DNA from: Tagaea sp.
Lineage (GTDB): Bacteria > Pseudomonadota > Alphaproteobacteria > CACIAM-22H2
Reading direction: 5' to 3'
NCBI GenBank assembly: GCA_965279525.1
Contig: CBDIIB010000003.1
Location: forward strand, 160,001 to 224,000
Length of the DNA: 64,000 nt
The notes under the pieces were generated by a model. The model worked only from the letters and a program-made list of their open reading frames with translations, did not search any database and had not been told where the DNA came from. Positions 20,577-29,410 of the stretch are shown in pieces; position 1 is the first letter of the stretch; the number at the start of each line of letters is the position of its first letter. The translations under genes and the position numbers were made by a program.

Positions 20577-21584
20577 ATGATCAACGTATCGAGACTCAAG
20601 ACTTGGGCCTTCACGGGGTTCCTGATTGTGACGGCGGTCTTCATCGTGCCGCATACGTCTTCCGCTCAGGAACTACGGAAGATCAGTATTGCGCTTAGTT
20701 CTTCGAGCATTCCTGCCGGAGCTGCGCGGATCGCCAAGGAAATGGGGTTTTTCGAAAAGCACGGCCTGTCAGCGACGGTCACTCCGATGGATACTGGCTC
20801 CGTCGCCTCGGCCGCGCTTATGTCGGGTGCTGTGAATTTCGTTACAACCGGCCCGAGCGACGTCGTGGTCGCTCAGGGCCGAGGACTGAAAATCGTCGCA
20901 CTGACAGCAGTGTATCGAGGCTTTGCTGCCACTATCGTTCTCTCCAAGGAAGCCGCCGCGAAAACCGGCGTTTCACCAACAGCTCCTATCGAAGCACGAC
21001 TCAAGGCGCTCAACGGCTTGAAAATCGCGACGACGAGCGCCAGCTCGACGTTCGCAATCGCTCCGAAGGCTGCAACGGAAGGCGTGGGTGCGAACATTAA
21101 CTTCGTCTATATGGCACAGCCGGCTATGGTCGCAGCACTGCAGAGAGGTATAGTTGACGGCATTACGGTATCCGCGCCTTATTACGTGCCGCCTGTCCTC
21201 GCTGGCACGGGCGTAATCTGGGTTAGCGGCCCGAGAGGCGATTTTCCAAAAGCTGCTGCCCCGGTGAATTCGGTTGTCGTGCTTGTGCAGCAAGCCTTCG
21301 CTACCGCCAATCCTGAACTGATGAAGCAGGTCAGTGCTTCTTTTGCGGATGTCTGGAAGGCCATCGATGAACGCCCTGCCGATGTGAAGGCTGCGATGGC
21401 CAAAATCTGGCCGGACCTCGATGCCAAGACTATCGACTTGGTCTTTGAGACCGAAGGTCCCGGATTCAAGGCGCAACCGTTGACGGTCGACGAAATGGCG
21501 CATGAGATTGCCTTCATGAAACTGGGCGGGGCCGATCTGCCGCGTGGTGACAGCCTCGATCCCGCCGCCATGATCTTTCGGTGA
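20577..21584 (+). CDS. ABC transporter substrate-binding protein (NMT1/SsuA-like)
   Basis: signal peptide; AKEMGFFEKHGL; RBS GGAGGAG. Confidence 0.9.
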   Translation: MINVSRLKTWAFTGFLIVTAVFIVPHTSSAQELRKISIALSSSSIPAGAARIAKEMGFFEKHGLSATVTPMDTGSVASAALMSGAVNFVTTGPSDVVVAQGRGLKIVALTAVYRGFAATIVLSKEAAAKTGVSPTAPIEARLKALNGLKIATTSASSTFAIAPKAATEGVGANINFVYMAQPAMVAALQRGIVDGITVSAPYYVPPVLAGTGVIWVSGPRGDFPKAAAPVNSVVVLVQQAFATANPELMKQVSASFADVWKAIDERPADVKAAMAKIWPDLDAKTIDLVFETEGPGFKAQPLTVDEMAHEIAFMKLGGADLPRGDSLDPAAMIFR

Positions 21585-21602
21585 AATTGCGATAGCAACA
21601 AG

Positions 21603-21645
21603 CTGCTCCTCACCCGGTCGACGGTGCAATCCGGGTGAGGAGCGG
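21603..21645 (+). terminator. GC-rich hairpin after the ABC operon
   Basis: GCTCCTCACCCGG...CCGGGTGAGGAGC 13-bp stem; no U-tract. Confidence 0.5.
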
Positions 21646-21928
21646 GAATGCCCGTCATCAGAACAATCAGGACGTATCGAGGCCGTTGTTATCGCAGGCT
21701 TGGCGCATCTGGCGGCGAATTTCGAGGCCACGCTGCTCAACCGTGCCATTTGACGGTGGCCGCTTCATTGGGTTCATCATCTTGGCGACCAGCTCCAAGT
21801 TGGCCGTCTGGGATTTTGACCGATTGCGGCGTATGTTGATGGCCTAAAAGTCTGAGATTATCTTGATTAGTTGGAGGACTTGCCCCATTAGGGCTCTAAG
21901 AGTCTCCAACTACCATTGGATACACATC

Positions 21929-21951
21929 AGCGTGATCGGAATCGGCTCTAG
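21929..21951. repeat. left 23-bp inverted repeat of the PdxA/TRAP cassette
   Basis: AGCGTGATCGGAATCGGCTCTAG is the exact reverse complement of 28490-28512; contains the pdxA stop. Confidence 0.95.
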
Positions 21952-22967
21952 GCCGCCTTGGCGCGCCTTGCGGAGCCCATGCGGCAGGCGATCCGGAAGG
22001 CCTGACGCGTCGCCTCGGGGTTGGCGATGCCCTGACCGGCGATCTCGTAGGCCGTGCCGTGGGCCGGCGTGCAGATCGGGATCGGCAGGCCGCCGAGCAC
22101 CGTCACGCCCTTGTCGAAGCCCATCAGCTTGATGGCGATCTGTCCCTGGTCGTGGAACATGCTGAGCACGGCGTCGAACTTGCCGTCACGCGCCCGCAGG
22201 TAGACCGTGTCCGACGGGAACGGCCCCTCGACGGCGAACTGCATCGCCTTGGCCTTCTCGACCGCGGGCGTGATCACATCGATCTCCTCGCGCCCGAAAT
22301 TGCCGCCGTCACCGGCATGCGGGTTGAGCGCCGCCACGGCGATGCGCGGCCGGGCAAAGCCCGCTGCCTGCATGGCGTTGTGGGTCAGGCGCAGTGCGTC
22401 GAGAATTCGGTCCACGGTGATCAGCGAGCTCACCTTGGCCAGCGGCACGTGCGACGTGACGCGCGCGTTCCAGATCTTCTCCAGCACGTTGAACTCGCCA
22501 TAGGTGCCCTTGTGCGCGAGCACGTCGGCGGCGAGTTGCAGCTCGTCCTCGTAAGGGTTGCCGGCGAGGCGCAGCGCCGTCTTGTTGAACGGCGTGAAGC
22601 ACAGCGCGTCGACCAGACCGCGCCTGGCCAGGTCGAGACCGTGCTTGAAATTGGTCATGGCGAAACCGCCGCCTTCCGCCGAGGCCTTCTGCAATGTGAT
22701 GGCGGCGGGATCAAGGTGGCCGAGATCGAGAAACACAGGCTGGCCCAAAGCAAGCCGCGCATCCTCGGCGCGCTTCACCACCGGCAGCTTCAGCGACACC
22801 TTGGCGATTCGCTCGCCTTCGGCCAGGACGCGGCGGTCGCCGATCACGAGGATGGCGGCCTGACCTGCCGTCTCCGGCATGGCAAGCAGCCGGGCCATCA
22901 GCTCCGGGCTGATGCCGCAGGGATCCCCCATCACCAGACCGACACGCGCGGGTAGAACGTCGCTCAT
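21948..22967 (-). CDS. pdxA: PdxA family NAD-dependent dehydrogenase (PdxA2/TphB-like)
   Basis: MGDPCGISPE, TSHVPL, LNPHAGDGG, MFHDQGQIAIK, TPAHGTAYEIAG. Confidence 0.9.
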   Translation of the reverse strand: MSDVLPARVGLVMGDPCGISPELMARLLAMPETAGQAAILVIGDRRVLAEGERIAKVSLKLPVVKRAEDARLALGQPVFLDLGHLDPAAITLQKASAEGGGFAMTNFKHGLDLARRGLVDALCFTPFNKTALRLAGNPYEDELQLAADVLAHKGTYGEFNVLEKIWNARVTSHVPLAKVSSLITVDRILDALRLTHNAMQAAGFARPRIAVAALNPHAGDGGNFGREEIDVITPAVEKAKAMQFAVEGPFPSDTVYLRARDGKFDAVLSMFHDQGQIAIKLMGFDKGVTVLGGLPIPICTPAHGTAYEIAGQGIANPEATRQAFRIACRMGSARRAKAA

Positions 22968-23018
22968 GTTTCCTCCGTGAGGCCCCCTTTATGACTCAGG
23001 CGGCCGGGGCAAGTCATC

Positions 23019-23035
23019 CTGAATGTTGCATTCAG
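23019..23035. promoter_or_regulatory. inverted repeat CTGAATG-TTG-CATTCAG, candidate operator for the cassette GntR
   Basis: perfect 7-bp arms in the divergent pdxA/dctP intergenic region. Confidence 0.45.
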
Positions 23036-23110
23036 AATTCAGAAGGGGCAGAGTCCCAATCGCGACGCCTCAATGGCGCGCCGAAACAAGGGAGAAACGC
23101 CGTGATATCG

Positions 23111-24109
23111 ATGAAATCGCTCACGCCGATGCTCGCCGCCTGTGCGGTCGCCATCGGCACCCTGACCTTTGCGAGCGCCGCCTCGGCGCAGACCGTCCTT
23201 CGCTACGCCCATGTCGGCGCGGACGGTGAGTCTCAGACCCGCTACGCCACCGAGCTGGCGGCGCTGATCAGGCAGAAAACCGAAGGCCGCGTGGACATCC
23301 GCGTGTTCCCCGGCTCACAGCTCGGCAACCTCAGCGAGATGGTCAACGGGGTGCGCATCGGCTCGATCGCCATGGCGCATCACGACTTCGCCTCCCTCGA
23401 CCGCATCGTTGAGGATGTCGGCGTATTCAACTCGCCGTTCATCTACCGCGACGCCCGTCATGCGATGAAGGCGACCGACGCCAAGACCTCGCCGGTGCTG
23501 CAGGACATCAACAAGCAGCTCGTCGAAAAGGGCGGTGTGCGCATCGTCGGCAATTTCTATCGCGGGGCACGCCAGCTCTCGGCCAAGTTCGCGGTGAAGA
23601 GCCCTGATGATCTCAAGGGCCGCAAGATCCGCGGCGTCCCCATCAAGCTGTGGAACACCATGCTCGGCGGCATGGGCGCCATCCCCACACCGGTCGAGAT
23701 CACCGAGCTCATGACGGCGCTCTCCACCGGCGTGGTCGATGGGCAGGAGAACCCGCTCAACAACATCATCGCCCAGCGCTTCTACGAGGTGCAGCCCTTC
23801 GTTATGATGACCAGCCACATGGAATCGGTGCTGGCCCTGTTCATCAACGAAGCCGTCTGGCAGCGCCTGCCGGCTCGCGACCGCAGCCTGTTCGAGGAAG
23901 CGGCCGCCGAAATGGCAGGGCGCTCGCTGCAATGGGCGGACGAGGGCGTGAAGAAGGATCAGGACTTCCTGCGCTCCAAGAACGTGACCATCATCGAGGC
24001 CAAGGACGGCCTCAACATCAACGCCTTCCGCACCGCCGTCGGCGCGCAGATGGCGAAGGACTTCCCCAACTGGACAGGCCACATCCAGAAGATCCAGGCC
24101 ATCCAGTAA
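23111..24109 (+). CDS. dctP: TRAP transporter substrate-binding protein
   Basis: signal peptide; FPGSQLG, DLKGRKIR, GVVDGQENP. Confidence 0.95.
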   Translation: MKSLTPMLAACAVAIGTLTFASAASAQTVLRYAHVGADGESQTRYATELAALIRQKTEGRVDIRVFPGSQLGNLSEMVNGVRIGSIAMAHHDFASLDRIVEDVGVFNSPFIYRDARHAMKATDAKTSPVLQDINKQLVEKGGVRIVGNFYRGARQLSAKFAVKSPDDLKGRKIRGVPIKLWNTMLGGMGAIPTPVEITELMTALSTGVVDGQENPLNNIIAQRFYEVQPFVMMTSHMESVLALFINEAVWQRLPARDRSLFEEAAAEMAGRSLQWADEGVKKDQDFLRSKNVTIIEAKDGLNINAFRTAVGAQMAKDFPNWTGHIQKIQAIQ

Positions 24110-24123
24110 CGCAAGCCGCATAG

Positions 24124-24161
24124 CCGCTCGTCATGCCGGCCTTTGCCGGCATGACGAGCGG
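24124..24161. repeat. REP-like palindrome between dctP and dctQ
   Basis: CCGCTCGTCATGCCGGC-CTTT-GCCGGCATGACGAGCGG, 17-bp perfect stem. Confidence 0.8.
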
Positions 24162-24189
24162 AGCGGATCCGCCGCCCGCGAGACCCTCC

Positions 24190-24672
24190 ATGATCCTCCA
24201 TTACATCCGCAGCGCCTGCGTGGTGATTGGCTGTTTCGCGCTGGCCGCGATTGTCGTGTTGCCCGCCAGCCAGATCGTGCTGCGCGAGCTCGGTGCGCCC
24301 TTCATTGGCATGGAGGAGCTGGCGCGCTACTTCATGATCGTTGTCACCTTCGTCGGCATTCCACTGGTCAACCACGAAGGCGGCCATATCCGCATGGACG
24401 AGATTCACCGCTTCATCCCGCTCTCGGCATCGCAGGTTCTGCGGGTAATCATCGCCATCGTCTCCGGCACCGCCTTTGGCGTCGTGGTCGTCGCCATCTA
24501 CTCGTCGGTGCGTATCACAATGGGCAGCTCGACGCCGACCCTCGGCATCCCCTTCTGGCTGTTCAACGCACCGGCCATGTTCGGGTTGGCGCTGGGTGCT
24601 CTCGAGTTCGTCCTGCAGGCCTGGCGAGTTGCCCGTGGCCAGGACGACGCGGCCGCACCGCGGATCGTCTGA
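24190..24672 (+). CDS. dctQ: TRAP transporter small permease
   Basis: EELARY, GGHIRMD; 4 hydrophobic segments. Confidence 0.9.
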   Translation: MILHYIRSACVVIGCFALAAIVVLPASQIVLRELGAPFIGMEELARYFMIVVTFVGIPLVNHEGGHIRMDEIHRFIPLSASQVLRVIIAIVSGTAFGVVVVAIYSSVRITMGSSTPTLGIPFWLFNAPAMFGLALGALEFVLQAWRVARGQDDAAAPRIV

Positions 24673-24681
24673 GAGGCCACC

Positions 24682-25959
24682 ATGGACGCCACCGTTCTCG
24701 TCATCGCGACCTTCGTCGTACTCTTCATCCTCGGCTTCCCGGTGGTTATCGCCGTGTTGATGCCCTCGATCATCTACGTGCTGTGGGAAGGCATCCCGCT
24801 GGCCATGGTCGGCCAGCGCACGGTCTACGCTCTCGACTCCTTCCCGTTGATGGCGGTGCCGATTTTCATTTTCGTCGGTGCCCTGATGAACTCGTCGGGC
24901 ATCACCACGCGCATCTACAAATTCGCCGCTACGGCGTTCGGCCGCCTGCCCGGAGGCCTCGCCCAGGTCAACATCGCCGGCAGCCTGATCTTCTCCGGCA
25001 TGTCGGGCGCCGCTCTGGCCGATGTCGGCGGCCTCGGCCGGGTCGAGATCAAGGCAATGAAGGAGCACGGCTTCAAGCCGGCCTACGCCTCGGCCCTGAC
25101 CTGCGCCTCGGCCATCGTCGGGCCGATCTTCCCGCCGAGCATCCCGCTGATCATCTACGCCTCCGTCGCCAATGTCTCAAGCGTGCAGCTTTTGCTCGCC
25201 GGCATCGGCCCGGCGCTGATCTGCGTCCTCATGCTCTCGATCACCGTGGCCGTCGTCGGCATCATCGGAAATCACCCGCGCGCCGCGCGCTGGCCGACGA
25301 TCGGCGAAGTGTGGCGCGACTTCGTCCCCGCATTCCCCGCTCTGTTCACGCCGGTGCTGCTGATCAGCGGTATGCTGCTGGGCTACTTCACGCCCACCGA
25401 GGCCGCGGCGGTCACCGTCGTCTACATCCTCCTGGTCAGCGCCTGCTACGGCGAGTTCGACCTGCACCACATCTATCTGGCAGCCATCGACACCATCAAA
25501 GGCACGGCGGCGATCATGGCCATCGTCGCGGTAGCCGCGATGTTCGGCTGGATCCTCGCGGTCGAGCAGGTGCCGCAATGGTTCAACGGCTGGATTACCG
25601 GCATCAGCAACGACCCGCTTGTCCTGCTGCTGATCCTCAACGTCATCCTGCTGATCGTTGGTATGTTCATCGACAGCACCACGGCGACGCTGCTGCTCGT
25701 TCCCATCCTCTGCCCTCCCATCGTCGCCGCCGGCGTCGACCCGATTCAGCTCGGCCTGATCGTCATCTTCAACCTGATGATCGGCCTAGTGACACCGCCC
25801 ATGGGCCTGTCGCTGTTCCTGATGAGCGACATCGCCAAGGTGCCGATGCGCGAGATCCTCAAGGCGATGATCCCCTTCTATCCGCCCCTGCTGCTGACGC
25901 TGGCCATCATCACGCTGGTGCCGGAGGTGTCGCTGTGGGTTCCCGACCTTTTGAAGTAG
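24682..25959 (+). CDS. dctM: TRAP transporter large permease
   Basis: FSGMSGAALAD, PIFPPSIP, FTPTEAA, GLVTPPMG. Confidence 0.95.
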   Translation: MDATVLVIATFVVLFILGFPVVIAVLMPSIIYVLWEGIPLAMVGQRTVYALDSFPLMAVPIFIFVGALMNSSGITTRIYKFAATAFGRLPGGLAQVNIAGSLIFSGMSGAALADVGGLGRVEIKAMKEHGFKPAYASALTCASAIVGPIFPPSIPLIIYASVANVSSVQLLLAGIGPALICVLMLSITVAVVGIIGNHPRAARWPTIGEVWRDFVPAFPALFTPVLLISGMLLGYFTPTEAAAVTVVYILLVSACYGEFDLHHIYLAAIDTIKGTAAIMAIVAVAAMFGWILAVEQVPQWFNGWITGISNDPLVLLLILNVILLIVGMFIDSTTATLLLVPILCPPIVAAGVDPIQLGLIVIFNLMIGLVTPPMGLSLFLMSDIAKVPMREILKAMIPFYPPLLLTLAIITLVPEVSLWVPDLLK

Positions 25960-25966
25960 CGTAGGG

Positions 25967-26665
25967 ATGATGGCCAACCGCTCCGAGTCCCTGCCTGCCG
26001 CCGAGATCGTGCCCATACGGCGTGCGAGCCTGCACGATGAGGTGGTCAGCCGGGTGCGCGACATGATCGTCGAGGGCCAGTTCAGCTTCGGCACCCGCAT
26101 CCACGAAGGCCGGCTCTGCGAGCAGCTCGGCATCTCGCGCACGCCACTGCGTGAGGCACTCAAGGTACTCGCCACCGAGGGCCTGGTCGACCTCTCGCCC
26201 AACCGCGGCGCCATCGTGCGCGAGGTGACGCCCAAAGACATGCGCGACATGCTGCGGGTGCTGGGCCAGCTCGAGGCCCTGGCAGGCGAGCTCGCCTGCG
26301 CCAATGCCAGCGAGGCCGATATCGCCGCCATCCATGAGATGCACCAGCGGATGATGGAGCACTATACGGCCCGCAACCGCATGGAGTATTTCAAGCTCAA
26401 CCAGGCAATCCACAGCGCCTTCGTGCGCCTGGCCGACAACCCGACCCTGCAGGCGATGCACGAGACCCTGCAGGCGCGCATAAAGCGCATCCGCTACATC
26501 GGCAACGACCGCGACACGCAGTGGCACGACGCGGTCGACGACCACGAGAAGATGATCGCCGCCCTGCTCAAGCGCGACGGCCCGGCCCTCGGCCGGGTGC
26601 TGCGCTTTCATCTCGAGCGCACCTGGGACCGGGTGCGCAACGTGCTGGATGTCGGCGACCTCTAG
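25967..26665 (+). CDS. GntR family (FCD) transcriptional regulator
   Basis: LGISRTPLREALKVL, PNRGA. Confidence 0.95.
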   Translation: MMANRSESLPAAEIVPIRRASLHDEVVSRVRDMIVEGQFSFGTRIHEGRLCEQLGISRTPLREALKVLATEGLVDLSPNRGAIVREVTPKDMRDMLRVLGQLEALAGELACANASEADIAAIHEMHQRMMEHYTARNRMEYFKLNQAIHSAFVRLADNPTLQAMHETLQARIKRIRYIGNDRDTQWHDAVDDHEKMIAALLKRDGPALGRVLRFHLERTWDRVRNVLDVGDL

Positions 26666-26692
26666 AATGACGCGCGCGAAGGAGAGCATCCC

Positions 26693-27577
26693 ATGACGGC
26701 ACAGGCGGCGATCGGCTTCATCGGTCTTGGCCTGATGGGGCAGGGCTTCACCAGGCGCCTGGCGGAGAGTGGCTTCAAGGTTACCGGCTACGACATTGTC
26801 GCCGACAAGGTGAAGGCGGCCTCCGCCCATGGTGTCGCGGCAGCCGCCTCACCCGCCGCCGTGGCCGCCGCCAGCGACATCGTGCTTGTCTGCGTCACCT
26901 CGACCGATGCAGTGCAGGAAGCCGTGTTCGGCAGCGGCGGGATCGCCGAGACCCCCGGTACAGGCAAGGTGCTCGTCGACCACTCGACCACCGAGGTCGA
27001 GGCCACGAAGCAGTTTGCCGCCGACCTGTTGAAGCGCTCGGGCATGAAATGGGTGGACGCGCCGGTGTCCGGCGGCCCGGGGGCCGCCGCATCCGGCTCG
27101 CTCGCCATCATGGCCGGCGGCAACGCGGACGCCATCAGGCAGGTCGAGCCGGTGATGGCAAGACTGGCGGCGAAATTCACCCCTATGGGCGACGTGGGTG
27201 CCGGCCAGATCACCAAGATGATCAACCAGGTGCTGGTGCTGACCAACTACTGCGTGATCGCCGAAGCCATCAGGCTGGGCGAGAAATGCGGCATCGATGT
27301 TGCGAAGATTCCGGAGGCGCTGGCCACCGGTCATGCCGGCAGCAATCTTCTCAAGGACGTGACGCCGCGGCTGGTCGGCCGAGACTTCGCGCCGCGCGGC
27401 TATATCCGCCAGGTGCTCAAGGACCTCGACATGGTCCATGACCTCGCCAAGGAGGTGAAGGCACCCACCCCCATGGTCTCTCAGGCCGCGTCTCTCTACC
27501 GCCTGATGGTCGCCCGCGGCCACAGCGAGCTCGATGCCTGCGCGGTGATGCGCCTCTATCTCGACGAACCCGTCTGA
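26693..27577 (+). CDS. 3-hydroxyisobutyrate/tartronate-semialdehyde reductase family dehydrogenase
   Basis: IGFIGLGLMG, DAPVSGG, GAGQITKMINQ. Confidence 0.92.
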   Translation: MTAQAAIGFIGLGLMGQGFTRRLAESGFKVTGYDIVADKVKAASAHGVAAAASPAAVAAASDIVLVCVTSTDAVQEAVFGSGGIAETPGTGKVLVDHSTTEVEATKQFAADLLKRSGMKWVDAPVSGGPGAAASGSLAIMAGGNADAIRQVEPVMARLAAKFTPMGDVGAGQITKMINQVLVLTNYCVIAEAIRLGEKCGIDVAKIPEALATGHAGSNLLKDVTPRLVGRDFAPRGYIRQVLKDLDMVHDLAKEVKAPTPMVSQAASLYRLMVARGHSELDACAVMRLYLDEPV

Positions 27578-27584
27578 TCCGGTC

Positions 27585-28493
27585 ATGGCAGGCCTCGAGA
27601 TCGTCGACGCGCACCACCATTTTTGGGACCTCGACGGCCCCCTGCACTACCCGTGGCTCGAGGATGCGCCGCTAGCGACGTTCCGCTACGGCGACTACTC
27701 CGCCATTCGCCGCTCCTATCTGCCGCAGGACTTCCGCCACGACACGGCCCGCCATAACGTCGTCGCGACCGTGCACATGGAGGCGGAGGTGCGGCACGAC
27801 CAGGAAGTCGCCGAGACGCGCTGGATCCACGATATCGCCGAGCGCCACGGCTTGCCGACCGCCTGTATCGGTCACGCCCGTTTCGAGTCGGAGGACATCG
27901 CGGCGGTGCTAAAGGGGCATGCCGCCTATCCACTCATGCGCGCCATCCGCCAGAAGCCGGCGGCTTCGCGCTCGGCCATAGAGATCGTCAGAGGCGCACC
28001 CGGCTCCATGGGCGACCCGGTCTGGCGACGCGGCTACGCCCGCCTCGCCGATCACGGGCTGCACTACGAGTTGCAGACACCCTACTGGCATCTTCCTGAG
28101 GCGGCGGAGCTGGCGCGCGCCTTCCCGGATATTCGCATCCTGCTCAACCACACCGGTGTGCCCCACGATCGCAGCGCGGCGGGTGTCGCGGCCTGGCGGG
28201 AAGGGTTGGCCGCCTTTGCCGCCGAGCCCAATACGCGGATCAAGATTTCCGGCATCGGCGAGGCGGGGCAGACGTGGACCGTCACATCCAACCGGCCCAT
28301 CGTGTTGACCGCCATCGAGCTCTTTGGCGTCGACCGCTGCCTCTTCGCCAGCAATTTCCCGGTCGACAGCCTCTGCGGCAGTTACGACGCGATCTTCGAC
28401 GGCTTCAAGGAGATCGTCGCCCACATGCCGGATGCCGACCAGCGGAAGCTGTTCCGCGACAACGCGCTTCGCGAGTACCGGATCCGCCTCTAG
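27585..28493 (+). CDS. amidohydrolase_2 family lactonase-like protein
   Basis: DAHHHFWD, VHMEAE, LNHTG, KISG, FASNFPVD; stop supplied by the right inverted repeat. Confidence 0.9.
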   Translation: MAGLEIVDAHHHFWDLDGPLHYPWLEDAPLATFRYGDYSAIRRSYLPQDFRHDTARHNVVATVHMEAEVRHDQEVAETRWIHDIAERHGLPTACIGHARFESEDIAAVLKGHAAYPLMRAIRQKPAASRSAIEIVRGAPGSMGDPVWRRGYARLADHGLHYELQTPYWHLPEAAELARAFPDIRILLNHTGVPHDRSAAGVAAWREGLAAFAAEPNTRIKISGIGEAGQTWTVTSNRPIVLTAIELFGVDRCLFASNFPVDSLCGSYDAIFDGFKEIVAHMPDADQRKLFRDNALREYRIRL

Positions 28494-28512
28494 AGCCGAT
28501 TCCGATCACGCT
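28490..28512. repeat. right 23-bp inverted repeat of the PdxA/TRAP cassette
   Basis: CTAGAGCCGATTCCGATCACGCT, perfect reverse complement of 21929-21951. Confidence 0.95.
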
Positions 28513-28610
28513 TCGGTCTGGCCGGCGTTCCGTTGAACTCCAAGTATCCTTTGGGGATCGATGGGGGCATCCGGGGTTCTGGTGACAGAAATCTGATCGA
28601 AAATCCAGCC

Positions 28611-28636
28611 TGCTTGACAGCTCTCAATCAGTGGGT
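28611..28636 (+). mobile_element. degenerate att-like scar resembling the tRNA-Lys(CTT) anticodon region
   Basis: TGCTTGACAG-CTCTCAATCAGTGGGT, 21/26 identical to 55316-55341. Confidence 0.45.
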
Positions 28637-28700
28637 TTGACGGAAAATCCGGGCGGCAAAATTCGCCTGGTTCTTAGTTCATGAAGGCTAACACCACGAC

Positions 28701-28910
28701 TACTTCGCAACACGCGCACCTCGATCTCCGTCCGACCTTGATCAAGTGATGCAGTTGCGATGCTTCTGTCGAGTAAATCTAAGCAGCCGGCTCCGGGTTC
28801 CGAGGAATTGCTATTGAGCTGTTCGGATTGTCGCCTCGAATGCTATCCGGCTCTGGTCGCCAAGCGTCGAGTACCTGAGACGCATGCCGTAGAATTTCTC
28901 GATACAGTCG
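28701..28910 (+). repeat. 210-bp degenerate direct repeat, copy 1
   Basis: ungapped match to 40351-40560, 151/210 identical by hand count. Confidence 0.85.
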
Positions 28911-29130
28911 AAAACGCCGACGCGTGCTTCGACACCTGAGAGATGGATATTCCGACTGACGCGCTCGGCGAGATAACGTCCTCGATGGCCGCATCGCATC
29001 GATCGGTACGGGACATGTTCATTGGGCACGCGACATCCTGGTCGACGACCAGCCGCCAAAATGCCTCGCCGTTATGCTGGCTGCTGCGATCCGAGTGCCG
29101 GAGTCCTGCCACGCCGCCTGCGAACTCGGC
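28784..29130 (-). pseudogene. IS3-family transposase (OrfB) 3' remnant with degenerate right end
   Basis: frames read HSDRSSQHNGEAFWRL..DQDVACPM and EARVGVFDCIEKFYGMRLRYSTLGDQSRIAFE, like IS3 HSDRGSQY and FDYIERFYN.RRRHSTLG..SP..FE. Confidence 0.8.
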
Positions 29131-29212
29131 AATGTTGGCGAAGCCGCGTTGGACGTGTCGGTCATTCGTTATTGCGGCGCCACTTTGCACCGCCAATTGC
29201 GCCTCGATACAG

Positions 29213-29274
29213 ATGGCAGTACTGCCATTTCACTGCCAAACTGAACCCCATTCCAACCCCATTCCACTGCCAAA
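29213..29274. repeat. clustered short repeats, candidate integrase arm-type sites
   Basis: palindrome ATGGCAGTACTGCCAT 29213-28; CACTGCCAAA at 29231 and 29265; tandem AACCCCATTCC. Confidence 0.55.
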
Positions 29275-29365
29275 TCGACCCCATACGAGCACTGTGGACG
29301 GAGGGTGGGGGTCGCAAGTTGTTGACTTAGCGAGCAGAAAATGGCCTATTTTTCGGTACCTAAGA

Positions 29366-29410
29366 TTCGGGAGCTAGGGGCCGGAGGTTCGAATCCTCTC
29401 GCTCCGACCA
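29366..29410 (+). mobile_element. att site: 3' half of tRNA-Pro(CGG), not an intact tRNA
   Basis: TTCGGGA anticodon loop, GGAGG-TTCGAAT-CCTCT T-arm, CGCTCCG-ACCA end; no CGGAGCG 5' strand or D-arm upstream. Confidence 0.85.

Noticed and set aside
29213-29290. CRISPR array or iterons
   Set aside because: The repeats are 10-12 bp and irregularly spaced, with no spacers, cas genes or rep gene. No CRISPR array was seen anywhere in the window.
29330-29410. Functional tRNA-Pro gene
   Set aside because: No 5' acceptor strand (CGGAGCG), D-arm or matching 5' anticodon stem; it is only a 3' fragment.
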